A stretch of DNA of 64,000 nt, from NCBI GenBank assembly GCA_977030845.1, contig OZ365110.1:36084001-36148000 (forward strand), read 5' to 3'. The translations under genes were made by a program, and so were the position numbers. This stretch comes from Fimbriosthenelais zetlandica (taxonomy: Eukaryota). Shown here in pieces: positions 23,701-37,500 of the stretch. Positions within the stretch are counted from its first letter, which is position 1, and every line of letters starts with the position of its first letter. The notes below the pieces were generated by a model that was not told the DNA's origin, did not search any database, and saw nothing but the letters and a program-made list of their open reading frames with translations.

Positions 23701-26700
23701 TGATGTAAAGTCTAATTTACAAGAAAATCCAATGCTAAGCTTGATTTCGCTGGGAAATACTTATATGCCAGAGGTGCTGAAAAAGCCATATATCCAATCC
23801 TACAACCTGAAGAAAGCCATCAGTTTGTTTGAGATCTTATTGTTGCGTACTATTTTTTTATTATAGATAGCAAAGGGACATGTTGTGCATCCCTACAAGG
23901 GGGATCTTCTTGATGGAAGGCCTCGATATATATTTCAGTTTCATCTAAAAATACATATCTTGTCTCTGTCTTACAACATCTGTTTCCCATCTTCTGTAAT
24001 ATTGAACAATGTTAAGGTATTATAAAGTATAATTATCTTGTACGTGCCTGCTTCTGGTCTGTTAGGAAAAGATGCAAATCAAGGTTGTCGGTGTCTTTGG
24101 GAAAAGACACTCCACTTCATGAATATCAGAGATTCATGAATATGGATGCTTTCAAGAGACAAAGCATAAGAATATTTTGGTCCCAACATTATAGATACAT
24201 CATGGAACGATGGGTGCATCCTCATAATATCAATTATTCCACAGCCAGGCTTAATATTCCACATCATGGAGTGACTGCCTCCAAGGTCAAATTGCATCTG
24301 AATTCTGTCCCGGAAAATAGGTTTCATAAGCTGTGGCACCACAGAATTAAAGTATGATACTATATTGATATAATTATTATGTTCCTTGAAACCTTATTCT
24401 CAAGGTGTGGCAGGATGATAGGCCTAATCGTGCAAGTCACTACCCCTCCACACATGCTTGAGCAAGTAGACTATTTCAAAGACAAAGGAATGAAATTACC
24501 ATATCTATAGACTGTACATGTACACGCCATAGATGTACCACAAGGTTGCATCAGACATTTAAGACAGTGCACTCGATTCCATTTGTCCCAAAGCTTATTA
24601 TATTTAACAACATAAGGTTCCATGCAAATATGTCCAAGGAGTGGCATGATAGAACCCTTTAACCTATCCTACACAATTAGACTAACGAAATCACATATTA
24701 AAACAAATAAAGTTATGAATGGTCAGTCATACATAAGCAACTCGTGAATCAAATGATATCGGATGCACGGGAAATGTTTAACCGGGATGGGAGGTGCATT
24801 GGATAAAATAAAATGGCATGGTTCCCATTTCCTGCAGCAATGAGACCCTGCTGAAACGATTTTCTGATGGGTTAAAGCACCTGAACAATGAAATTCTATT
24901 AAGAATGCTCTTCTGTACCTAAATGGATTCAGTATTAATCCTCCTCGTTCCTAACTAATAGTCCATTTAAAATGGACCTTGATGGACTAATAGCTATTTA
25001 TAGGCACTCAATGGCATTATTCCACCAAGGCCATTATAACCTATACTATTTAGAAAATGAAAAATGGAGCAGTGGAGCATAAACTACCATAAGTATGATG
25101 AAGAGCAATGCTAACGTGAGAATCTTCTAGAGATGGGGAGTTTAAAACAAATCATCAATCTAGGAGAGAAGAAAGAAACAAGGAGCTGCAACTAGCGGAC
25201 TCACATTAGCTCATTAAGAAGGCATCTATCATAAATAATTGATTCTCCCTTTGCCAGGCTTCCTTTCCAAGCGTAAACAAGTAAAACATGTTCAGTAGGG
25301 ATAGTAATATCTTGTTAAAACTTTGCTAGCACTTTTTAATTGCCTGTCCAGCCATAAAATATCAGAGACGATATTGATTTTGCAATTAAGTTGAGCTGTG
25401 AAGCTTAATGAGGCATTATATATAATAAAGATAAGAAATGATATACATATGAACTACTCATAACCGCTCCCGCTTCTCGTTCTCCGACCTTCTCACTATC
25501 CCTTTTTTCTATGTCAAGTTTTCTTATGATGACCTAATTAATATATACGTCGGAGGGGGAAGTCTCAGAAGAAGGAATAAGCGCTACATTAAGCCCTATA
25601 CAGCTAACATTATATAGTTCATGAAATTATATATTATGTATTGGTCCCCTGGGTATATATTATAGTTGTCTTTAGAAATAATAGATGATGTGATATTAGT
25701 CATGCATAGAGGAGAGCTCATCAAATTTTCACGAACGAGTTGATGAGCTTCTTTAAGAAGATTTTCAATAGGTATACATCCCGTTATTACATGCATGTAC
25801 TTGGCTGTGGGGTGTTGTTATAATGACCACAATGCCTTTGAAAAACCTTCAGTTGTCCCCATTGTTTGTAGGCTTTTTTAAACGAACTGAATGTTGTATG
25901 TTCAATCCTCCTCCTGCTCCAGGGAGTTTCCAAGCCTCCTGCCATACTAATACAACGAGGCGAGATGAAGGCCACAGCCCGAGGGGACTTGAAATAGATA
26001 AATACAGGAGAAACAAATGGATTCCCCTGTGGAAAGAAAGGCATCTAATCCAGTGGGGCTCTTTATCTCAATTACTGACTACTCCATCATCTAATGAGCT
26101 ATCTCCAGCAGTTTAGGGGTAAGACTAGTTAGCCGAGCCATCGTTAAACTGCCTATGCTGGATCCTAAGTAATGAAGGGTCCCTTGCAAACGTTATGTCC
26201 CTGGCAATTGGACCGGTAGGAGCCTAAAATCAAATCAACTATAGGCTTAAAAAGCGTATCATGCAATTAGACAGCTACCATTGACTCAATAGATGTTAAG
26301 GGATCCATCAGCCACCTCTTAGGACTGGGCAACACACTGTGGGTAATGGACTTTACAGTGCATGAAATGTAACCAATTACAACTGTGATTAGCTGTGAGT
26401 AGCGATATTTGGATCCATGGCGATGCAATAAGAAATGATAGTTGAATTCCAGTTCATCTACCAAATTTCCCATGCGATATTCCTTCTAGTACTGCCTGCC
26501 TTGTCATAAGGTGCTCTTATTTGCTCATACTGGAAATGATTCTTCATTGGCAGGTCTTTCTGCAGGTTTCAAAAATAAAGTTCTATTCCCATAAATGGAG
26601 AATTTCTCATATTCCATTATTTCACTCGTGGAATGGAAGTGTATGCAATTGCATATTATTGCACTATTTCATAACACTGCACCTCATACACAATTTACTT

Positions 26701-28576
26701 TAAGCAATACTGAATGGGTATAGAATGAAGACCATTTTCATTAGTACAATCTGCCATCAGCAGGAAATATAAGCCCCTATCAGTATTGATGGTATCTGAA
26801 CACTTCTTAATGAACTGCTCCCCTTCCTCACCTCAGACCAAACCACTCCACCAATCAATCAGCAAATCTCCCATTTATATAGTAATCCCACGCTCAGCCT
26901 TTATAATATCTCTTTATGCCCTATGATCATAATTTTGATGATGGGAATTGCAACTCTGGAAATACTGCCCTGAAAAGCCATCTCATCGGGAAGCCAGTAT
27001 AACGTGGATTGTTTTTTGACAGAAAAAAAAACTCTTTGAGTGGGTATGGTTCTACAGACCAGCTCCATCTCCCCACTCGTCATATTGGTTCTGCAGTGGA
27101 GGGGGAGGGGAGTCGGGCACTTGCTCCACGACTCTTTTATCTTCATCCATGGAGTGGACAACTGAAAGCATTCGCTTAGGGCTATCATCAGTCCTTATTC
27201 CGCTCACTCCCTCCAGCTCTTTCCTCCTGCTCGTTTGTTCCAATATCTGTGGCCGGGAGAGCGTCTCGCTCCCCATAAATAACCATCTTCGCTTATTTCC
27301 AATGGCTAATGGGCATGTGGAAATCAGAAATATGGTGAAAAAATCCACCTCTCTAACAGTGTCTAATTTTACGGCCAAGTTACCTTCATTGGTCCCTGTT
27401 TCAGACGACCAGTTAGTCTTGACATGCATGCTTAATGAACTTATTCCAGGAGTTAAATGAGTAGGGTTACAGGTGAAAGTAAAAAAAAACATCTTAACCA
27501 TCTTTAATACAATTCTTGAAAGTTTCTCTTACTTACAAGTCTTCAATCTTCACATGTCTGTAGTACTAAAAAATACTCTGTTCCAAGCACATTGCATATC
27601 GACCACTGAGGCATTTTCCATTAATGCATTAGGAAAACCTACAGTATATATATAACAATGGACTCATTTAAAAAAAATAGATCTATGCATGTCTTAGAAT
27701 GAAATGTTTTTCTTTGAAGTGTTCAAAGATTCTAAAGCCGATTGAATTTTATGATTGTATGAAAATAAGTGGGTAAGCTCAAACATGAATAAGGGTGGGG
27801 TATTATGTATTACACTTTTAGAGACTTATTACCCATATATGTGAGCAGACACACCCAACCTTTCCCATTGTCTACAACATGAGAACAAATAGATATAGGG
27901 GGACTTTTTGAGCGCTACATAATATGTTGTCTTATCTTGTCTTTCATGCATTACCGGGATTGTAAGGTAAATGGATGGGTGGAATAGTTGAAGGCATCCA
28001 CCCACGTGTATTTTTTCCCCTCCAGACCTACCCTTTCAGACTGCCAGGTCCTCTCAAATTTCGGAACAAACGAGATAATTTAGCATGATTACCGAGCAGC
28101 AGTCGTCAGCCCGGAGACGAAATATCATCTCAGTAAACTAATTAGGAGCCTGCTCCGATAGCAGATATCTGGTAAAACCAGAAACAGAAGGCAAAATATG
28201 CGAGAAAGAAATAATATAAATACGCCTCAGGAATAACAGACATCTCATCTGCGACTGTGGCTGTAGACCCTGAACTCAGCAGAATTGCACAGGTCTATCA
28301 TTTCAGCCTATTTACTACAATGTTTACCCCTGGAATGGGGTTTGCCCAAGGCACCTCATGATATATAATATACCTAAATACATTTCTGGAGAAAAATAAC
28401 TATGTAATAGCCCATAGTCGTATCATAAACTAATATAATATAACGGCGTAGACAACCATTGTTTGTAAAGACATTTCCGCAATTTGCCACTACATACTAA
28501 AGATTTTATGAAATTTATAATTATTCCGAGACTTGCTTAATATTCTTTAGTATCATGATAATTATATTATACATAC

Positions 28577-28705
28577 CTGTGAGCCCATATTATGTCCTAT
28601 TTCATGGGCCATCGTTACATGCGAGACCGTTGAAGGCACATCCTTCCCGTAGTTTAATATTGTCACGATTCCAGAATTCAGACTTTTGAGGCTTCCGCGA
28701 AACTG
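28577..28705 (-). CDS. ADAM10: ADAM10 exon E5 (Zn-binding site, [43 protein letters not shown]); not in the ORF track
   Basis: Hand translation gives HEIGH (HExxH). Acceptor ctctatag|CAG, donor CAG|gtatgt. 129 nt, phase 0 to 0. Confidence 0.97.
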
Positions 28706-29400
28706 CTATAGAGATAAATGCATACATAACTGACAATTAACAGTGCTAAAAATGTTAGAAAGTGCTGGGTAGCTGTTGGATATTTAAATAGCAAAAGTTA
28801 AAGAGACTGTTAAATAGCCTAGGTCTGTATGGTCCAAAGGCAATACTATTAAATAAATCGGGGCCTGTGTCATAAGGAAGAAGGATTGCATTTGCCTATG
28901 CTGAGCTGATGGGCTAATGCAGCAGATCTTGTACTGAAACAGGTCGCTAATGTAAAATCATGAAACATAATCTGGGCGTGCCCAAATACAATTTTGGGTT
29001 ACTACAGAAACTGCAAGCCAATACAGAAAATCATTTCAAGCTATGGGGATTATGAGTACTTGTATACATGTTATTCCTCTAGAAAGCAAAGCTCAGCTGG
29101 GGTCAAGTCTATAGTCGAACGTCGCACATTATTCAATCCCCACATTTTGGAGGCAATTAACTGACTGTGACATCATTTTTCTTGGACACTTTTAACTGAG
29201 GTGTGTAGCACCAAGTATATCTCATCAGTCTTAAATCTTCTACGTGTTGGGCCCCTTCTAAGTAGCAAAGGAAATACTGATGCCGCTGTTTTAAACCTTT
29301 CATAAGTGGGAGAGGAAATACTGATTGATCATAATGTCGACACTAAGATGGCCGAGTAATGAGCTCAAGCCTCATCAATAATGATTGCTGGTCAACCTAC

Positions 29401-29660
29401 TCCATTCTTCTCGCAGACCCCACCAGCGTTCTGGAGATCACCAGTCCATGCCAAGCCGAGGGTCCCACCTTCAAAGTCTCGGTAGGTGAACATGTAAGCC
29501 AAACAAAAAGCATCAAAATTGTCCTCAGAAAATAGCTCCAGGAAAGTCTCCACTCCATAGCTGCCTGGGAATTTGTATCCGGAGGCTGAACTATCCGTAT
29601 GGACTTTGATGCGCTTGATGATAAAGTTGATGCTGTCTGGAAGGCTGTCTCCATCAAAAT
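29401..29660 (-). CDS. ADAM10: ADAM10 exon E4 (metalloprotease, ...FCLAYMFTYRDFEGGTLGLAWTGDLQNAGGVCEKNG)
   Basis: Near-identical to Kuzbanian CLAYxFTYRDFExGTLGLAWTGDLKNAGGVCEKNG. Acceptor tctttcag|AT, donor GGA|gtaggt. 260 nt, phase 1 to 0. Confidence 0.97.
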
Positions 29661-31675
29661 CTGAAAGAAAGAAAAAATGTTTGTTCAAAAGTTCTTCAAA
29701 GGAAGGAAAGTCTCATTTCTTGGAAGCATCTTTGATAAGCTGACCTTCGAACAGTATACCTACATGTATATGTTATAATTGTTTCTGAAAATGTTTTTAA
29801 AATTGCATATAATATATGTATATGACTGATAGGACAGGTGAAGTGAAATGTAATAATTATTATTTTGAAAGATTGTATTATAGGATTTGGCGATTCACCA
29901 TCGCCAAATAGATTCTGTTTTGGTGATGTGATTTGCCAATGCCAAATAGCATTTGTCTTAATTGTGTTGAGCAGAAATTTTCGCGCAGTGGGTTTCTGCC
30001 AGGCACGCAAATTATGCTCCCTAAAAGTGCAAGCATTTTTTGCAAGGAGAATCTGTTCAGCAACCCGCGCATTGTTGCTTAGTGTACAATAGTGTAAAAT
30101 AAACTAACCTTATTCTGTAAGAAATATTTAGGTATTATAACATTTCAAAACAAAGGCCAAGTCCTCAATTCAATAAAATTTTATATTTTATCAAAGAGTG
30201 CCAAGTCATCTATATGTACATTAACCCCTGGTCACATTGGGATAAGCAGTAAAGGAGGCATACAAGAGCTAATCCTGCCTGCTTCTGGCCAGGATCAAAC
30301 TTTTATGTCAGTCCCACACAGCCACAATAGTATAAATGTGCAGGTGGGCCCAGCTCTGTCCTCCTTTAACAGCCCCCTTTTCATACCATTTCCTCCCCAG
30401 TCTGGATGGTGACTATGGTAAATTAGAGATGTCTAGCGCAAGCTCACTGTAACACGGCCTTCCTTTATCCGCCCGTTGGGAAGGTCATGAAGTGTCCAGA
30501 ATTGACCTTTATTTCCTCGCCAGATGCCTCTGTGACCAAGTTAGTGATGCCGGGCAAGAAGTTGGGACTATCCTTCATGCTGCTATCTCTGGGCCAGCAA
30601 TGACAGTAGAAGCGGGGGAAGCGACATGGGTGGGTATGTCACGACTGATAAGGCAGACAAGATGTCAATTTACGACGTGATCCTCTCCAGGCAGTGGGAC
30701 TAAGCTGGTTGTTTTTAAGAGTCAACGAGAGCGAGGTCACCCACCATTGTTTGAATCCAGCACTGATGTTTGCTTCGTGCATTCATATTGCAATTAACTT
30801 GGTGTCTATTTGTATGACATCTTAATTTATATGGGCCTCAACATGCCAACTGCATAAAGCAGGCTTTCTTATCTATAGATGTATTTATACACCAGGAATC
30901 CTATACTTTTAGGCCATTGTCCTGCTTTCATTGCTTGTTTCACTGCCTTTCAGACCAGAATGAAATGTACTTCAAAGTGAAACACTGCTCTGCGTTATTG
31001 AAATCCTCTTTATGAAACCTCACAATGCTTGTCAAATATAAATTTCTATGACGGACATGTAGACCTGTCGATCGGGGTGTTCCAGAAAGTGTTGTGATAA
31101 GATATTATTGTAGAAAGAACTGAGCTGAAAAACGCACATTCTTCGAGGAAAATCTTTCAACCTGCTCCAGATATTCAACTCTAATAAAGTGATGACGCCT
31201 AGAATCTCAAATACAAACCATTTCAGATAGATTCTTCACTGAGAATAACAATTATACACATGCAATGAGAGGGAGGAGTTGCGTCTACCGACATTCGCCT
31301 GTCCAAACTATTGACAGAACTTCCATGGAAAAGAACAATAATTTCTGAAATGCGTCTCGTTCGGTATTGAAAATTACAAAGTCATTTCTTCAATGAGTGA
31401 TATAGACACTGAAGCCAAATGGAAATCGAAAGTTGTTAAAGTAATTCAAAGTTCATCCATCATGGAGCAGTGGCTTTTATCTTGGAAACTTTAGTGGTAT
31501 GTATTAAACCAAATTATCAAAGAGAGCATCATTTGAGACTTTCATAATTGCCTATGATCACTGGGACTTGTCAACATGCTGAAAAATATGACTTGCGTTG
31601 AAACCATATGAACCAGGCAGATGGTCGGACAGCATTGGAAATGTTAGACTCTATTAATTCAACTCAGGCCAATAA

Positions 31676-31717
31676 AGTGCCGATGAAGTCTAAGTCTCGG
31701 CTGAAACGCTCGGCATT
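31676..31717 (+). ncRNA. Degenerate minimal hammerhead-ribozyme-like motif (probably an inactive Penelope-like relic)
   Basis: agtgcc-GATGA-agtc-taagtctc-ggct-GAAA-cgc-TC-ggcatt: stem I and stem II pairings present. The core departs from CUGANGA and from the GAAACGCGUC pattern. Confidence 0.35.
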
Positions 31718-32383
31718 AAAAGCAATATACGTAACACCAACAACCAGCGCTCACTTAGTTTACATTGCTCTGAAATTGCAATAGCCCTGAAGCCAGGGAA
31801 GGTCTTTTTGATAATGAAAATGTATGTCGGGTGGAAATTTAAATTAATAACTATTGTCAAGTGAATACAGAAGATGAGAGTGTTATCTTGACTTGATAAT
31901 GAAGGCCTGGCACTGGCCTAGACTTGGTATTGCTATTCGCCTGATTGAACCCGGTCCATGGCATGTGGGAATATAGGCCAGACAGTCGATACAGTTGCCG
32001 CGGGCCTTTCATGAGCTACAATGGGCCCATCAATGCATGCCTCGTTGGCCTGCCAATAATATTTGATTAGCTTTCATCGACGACCTCAACCAGGTATATT
32101 CGATGGGAAGTAAAGACAGAAAACTCATGTAAAGAATGCTAGTTTTCTGCATGTAGTTACCTGCCTCGGTCGAACCATGTGTTCCTAAGTCAGGACTGTT
32201 ATATTATTCAGATTATGTTGGGATGGGTAAAACACTTAGCCTTTCATTGTATAGTGGCTTTGCGGTAGAATAAAAGGAAGAGACACAAAACAATGCAGTC
32301 TCAACGGGACAAAAGCGGTTTATATGCAGACCGTGTAAATTTGAAAAGGCCATGCAAAAGGCAGACACAGAGGGGATTTAAGC

Positions 32384-32386
<3 letters not shown>

Positions 32387-32418
<32 letters not shown>
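32387..32418. repeat. (TA)16 microsatellite
   Basis: Direct reading. Confidence 0.95.
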
Positions 32419-32420
<2 letters not shown>

Positions 32421-33955
32421 AGGCGAGATCGAGAGGTTTGGTGAAAAAGAAGAAAGAATATGAGCACTAGGAGAAAATAGAGCACATAAATTATATAGAA
32501 AGGTGCAATAGGTTGGATCAAGTTGCGTCTGCAACAACAGCAGCAATATATATAGCCGAGGCAAACACGACACAACATTGAGAGTTTTATAATATAAAAT
32601 GTATCAGGTGTTGGTCCTTCTACGGCTATCATGGACCTTAGTATACCACCCACGACCAAAGATCACCATGGCTAACGCTAATATGAACAGGTGCGTCTTC
32701 CCCTCCATATAGAGACTTGATTAAGTTTTTAATAGATGCCAGATCAGCAGGGCAAGGGGCCATCTCCCTGAGATCACATGCTGCTCAGCCATTTCCATGC
32801 CAGTGTTAACAAGACTGGACCAATCATGGCTCCAATAGCCGCCCCCCATATATACTGCCATGAAAAGCTTCATTGAGCCCTGGATGTGCCTCCCATCAAT
32901 TGCCTATTGCCTGGATGGAGCTATTTAATTATTCATCCCATGAGGCGGGGTCATACATTACATGAAACAAAATAATCAGAGGAGAACATACACAACTGGC
33001 TTAATTCGGCAACGGCAGAAGATTGATAACATTAAAGATTGTTTTGTATGGTAGCGCTGATCCATCAAGAATGAGTACGGTACTCGTACCATTCACGGCC
33101 ACACCTTACATAGAGAATTGATTGGGATAAAGCCTCTCTGACCCTCCTCTGGGAATTGATTTTGGTGACAGTGCCCTTTTTTGGACTATCACCAAGATCA
33201 ATTAATAATCTATCTTATGTAAACATGGAGCTGGCACCGCCGAGGCTTTAAAGAGCTATGAACGTCACCGACTTTCATTGATTGCCATACTGCCAACCAG
33301 TCTCTAAATATCTTTGAATTATTGAGGTTGGCTTGATGGAGGTCGGTGGGAGTGAATTGGACGTGCCCGGAAATATCTATACTGACTGTGGGTTGTTGAA
33401 ATATTATACCATATGTTAAAGGCGAGTCATGAAATGGAGTAGCTACTTTCTAATAGCCACAATAGGCAAACATTTCCTTCAGTACCGCACTCTTGATACT
33501 AATATTGCAAGCAATTCACTATGATAAAATATTGATATCACCGATCACCTCGGCTTATTTGAAATGCTTCTGATTTCCAAGTTAAAAGGGAACAATAGTA
33601 GGTATAGTTATTGCTGTTCATACTGGTGATTGTGGGATGGGGTCAAGTGATACTGAAAGGAAAATATTTTTTCTATCCATCGATATTCTGAAGGATTGCC
33701 TGCCTCGATCATCGTAGATACGTTCAGAGAGTGGACATAATTGAAGGAATATATTCAAAGGAGTATTTTTACAAATGGCCGAAACCCCTCACAATGAGTG
33801 TAATCAAAGCTACGAAATTATGGGAAATAACATGTATTTTAAGACTTGGAATCTATTTGATAACAATGATTAGCAAATATTAAGTCAACGGACTTATGTA
33901 TAAGACATTTTCATAAAAGGTCCCAGAGCTTTTAGAAGAGATGTAAGATACTTAC

Positions 33956-34540
33956 CTATAGCGCTGTATATATCGTTGACACCTTGCACGTGTTGTGTAA
34001 GTTGCTCTATCACAGTCTCGGTATTTTTATGAAACTTTCTGTAAAACAAGTGGTCTGCCTGCACGAACAAAGTACAGGTTGTTTTACTGGGATCTATGGC
34101 ACGTTTATGTCTCCGATGGAGATGCTGTTCACTTCGATGACCAGCTTGACCATCTTTCACTAGCTGCTCACCATCTCCAAATGCTAATTTATGTTTGGAA
34201 AAATCCAGAGAATGATGATCATCGGAATTAATCCATGTATATGTAGTGTTAGTGTGCTCGGTCCTTTGTTTAAGTAATTCACGGTTATATTTGTCTTGTT
34301 TATTAAGGGCTGGTTGCATTTGTCTTATCTTATGATGGAGTCTGTCCGCAGTACAGAGTGAAGCATTGAGGTGGGGCATGTGAATATCAGAGTGGCGGTA
34401 GATGACGGAATGGAAGGCCTGGGGGCTGGGGAAGTGGTGGAAGGACCTTTCCACCCTATATTTCTCTCCAGATGTCTCAATACTCCCTTCAAACACCCCC
34501 GTCGATGTGATCACACCGTGAATGCGAGAGTCTCGGTCGT
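33956..34540 (-). CDS. ADAM10: ADAM10 exon E3 (rest of prodomain, cysteine switch, furin site RHKR, start of metalloprotease domain)
   Basis: 585-nt open stretch within ORF 33894..34634: G.FEGSI, FHSVIY, CTAD, RRHKR|AIDPSKTTCTLFVQADHLFY. Acceptor ttttcag|AC, donor ATAG|gtaagt. Phase 1 to 1. Confidence 0.96.
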
Positions 34541-37500
34541 CTGAAAAGAAAAATAAGAAAATACTACAGTATGATGTCAAAAACTCGAACTGCAAAGAAT
34601 GTTGACAAATATAGGTTTCTCTAGAACGTTTCATAAACTACATCAGCAAGTCAATGGGGGGCTTATGTACTAAATCTCTCCTGCAGCCAAACCACTGATA
34701 AAATCATTCATAATCACTAAAATTTAATTTGCAGCCAGTGCCTTGTACTATGAAATATAAGTTGCCTAAATTGAACACCCAGAAATGGTTTTTCTGAATG
34801 TCATCCACGGATGCGAATTAGAGAGGCAGAGTCATGTTGAATTCCACCCCGCCCAAATGAAGACGCCGCTAATGTAACACAGTGTTAAAGGTTTCACTGG
34901 CACTGCTGAAATGAGCTTGTTCGCAAAGGCAATCCCTAAAGGATTGTGGAGGTTCCCCACTGCCCTCCATCCATCCTGGAGGCTTTTTATTTATTTTCTC
35001 CGCTGAAACATGGTCCAATATTACTGGCCTGCCAAGCAATTTCTCCCCACCTATAGTGGCGAAGCCTTGATCAGCGCCACAAACCTGGCTCCCACTTTGT
35101 CCTAAACACATTTGGCAGGGAAGAACAACCTATATATTCTGATATTTCCATCCGGAGATAACTTGCTTTATGTGTCCCTCTTGGGCTCAGGGCAAGAAGC
35201 AAGCTCAGCTTGGCTGACCTCGCCTGCTATAGGGATATATCATGCGCAATGAAATATTCAACACATTACAGCGTCCGAGGGGCAATCATTCCCCGAGGCC
35301 TCTACACCAGTGACACTTTCACCAAGCTGCATCCAATCAGTTGCACCCGAAGCCTGTTACTTCGTTCCGATTTCTATGGCAACAAATTCACCAGACACTT
35401 CTGCCGTCACATGCGGTTTCATACAGACCCAATCCTTTCTTGTTGGAAGGAGTCCCTTAGTGGGGTGCAGAGGGGGAGCCTCAAAAGCAGTACTGAGCTG
35501 AACGAACTGATCTCTTTTTGTCCCCTCGTTGGACACGAGATGGAACGGTACCATCCAGAAGAAGCAATGCTCAGGGACCTTCTCCCCTGCCTCCCTTGGG
35601 ACTTACCGACAAAAACCCAGTTGCCGAAAGGGAGGAACGAAATGTCGTCAACATGGTGATTTACTTCAATTTTTCACAGCTGGAGAACCCCCATCAGGAT
35701 ACATTGTTGCAAGGTCAATGACAATAAAGAGGTGAACAAAAAGCTAGAAATAGAAATTTGATTAAAGAATGTATCAGTTAATGGATAGTTCAGTGCATGC
35801 ATGGGAGGCAGTGTTGAAGACCTTGATGAAAGAACAGGGGAGCGTGTTACAATATTATTAGGCTCCTTTCCGCTTTCTTTGTCTTGTAATCAGAAAGTAA
35901 TGATCGTACCGACTTAAGGATGAAATAAACCAGATCGTTAAAAGGTCAAGTACAACAAGGACCAGCGCCTCCTTTCGGCAAGTCCTGTAACAGCTGATAA
36001 TTACCTCTCACCATTGCCAGGTGCTGGTGATTACTCTAATTCCGAAACACTGCCTGGGACAATACAAACTCTTTGGCTCATCTAGAAGAAATAACTCCCT
36101 AGCCATTTCTATCTGGAGACATTCCTCATCACCAACTGAGAGTGTGGGATCTACATGCGCGAGGACCAGCTGTAAATTTAAAAAAATGGATTTCTCTGTA
36201 GTCCTGCATTTTTAACGACTGCTAAAAGCCAATAATCATCTTTGTCCCGGCAACTCCTATCTAATCAGTTTCTATAGCGTCTCGCACATCTCAAATAATT
36301 AGGTTCCAAGAGCGTTAAATGTACACGAGCCTTTTCCATGGTGAAAGGGGGTGAATTGCTCTGCCATGTTGGCTTCCACTGATGTGTTATGCATCACACT
36401 GAAAGTACTATTAGTTGAAAGGGCTCATTTATTTTCCAGTGTACAAGTCATTACTATCATTTCCACGCATGTTGGCCAACTCTGTGGGGTAACCTAGGCC
36501 ACAAATTAACCAACCTCCCAACATTCCATGCAAGAGAGCAATTCTCCTTGATTGTACAACGGATCTGTTGGACGTATAGGCTGATTATTTCTGAATATAG
36601 AGGGTTCATAAGTGTTTGTTTTGTTTGTGTCTAGATTTAATATGGGTAATAGATCGATATCCACCATTTTATCAATCAATCCATCCTTCAGCTTTTCTTT
36701 CTGACTCCATGCTTTCCATCTAGACTTAAATTCAAACATTCATCCATCTTTCTCAACTTCCATCCGATCACAATCACAACTAGCCATTTTAATGACAGTG
36801 ATATAGTTCAACTGTATATAATATGTTGTATGTAAATCTGGAGTAGAGCTTTACAAAGACTAATTACAATGATAAATCAGTGTAGAAGAAGCCCATCACT
36901 CGCCAACATCGTTTTTGGGCGAGCAGAATTTGTTATCTAGTAGCACAGATCGTTAGGTGCATAGCTTTTCATTTCTAAGATTACATTCGCAATATAATAA
37001 ATAATTATTCATTGGTTGGAATAGTGTATATTGAATGAATGAATAGCTCTTTCACATGGCTCATCTTACCGCTTCCCATTTAACAATTTTAAATTAATCA
37101 CAAATTGCTATATTTGAATCGATGAGGTGCATAAAAACTTGATCGTACTTGTGCTTGAAATTCATCTGACAATATTATCTATGGGACTTTGGTTCATGCA
37201 TTGCAATGATGATCCCTTCGCCTTGTATTTACTTCAGAACCATTCAATTTTCACCATGCAGATATGGATATTATTTGCCCTTCAGTATAATTATACTTGT
37301 AATTTTTGTGGGAAAGTAATACAGGTTCAGTAGAAATCAATTATTATTCACTTCACCAGAAATGAGTGCTATTAACAATCCACCGGTGGTAAAGAATGGC
37401 AATAAATCACTGAATATAATTTAAGGAATCTGTCAACAGATCTGAAGTTGTTCCTCCCCTGAGACATAATTCAAATTGATGGAAATCCACGTCTGCACGG

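Noticed and set aside
25823-26473. LINE C-terminal-like phrases (LEIDKYRRNKWIPL and DELEFNYHFLL)
   Set aside because: They lie on opposite strands, lack the required Cys residues, and no RT motifs were seen.
36506-36739. PTDPLYNQ resembling the start of a proprotein-convertase catalytic domain
   Set aside because: No following QWYL, no RxKR and no usable splice donor; likely chance.
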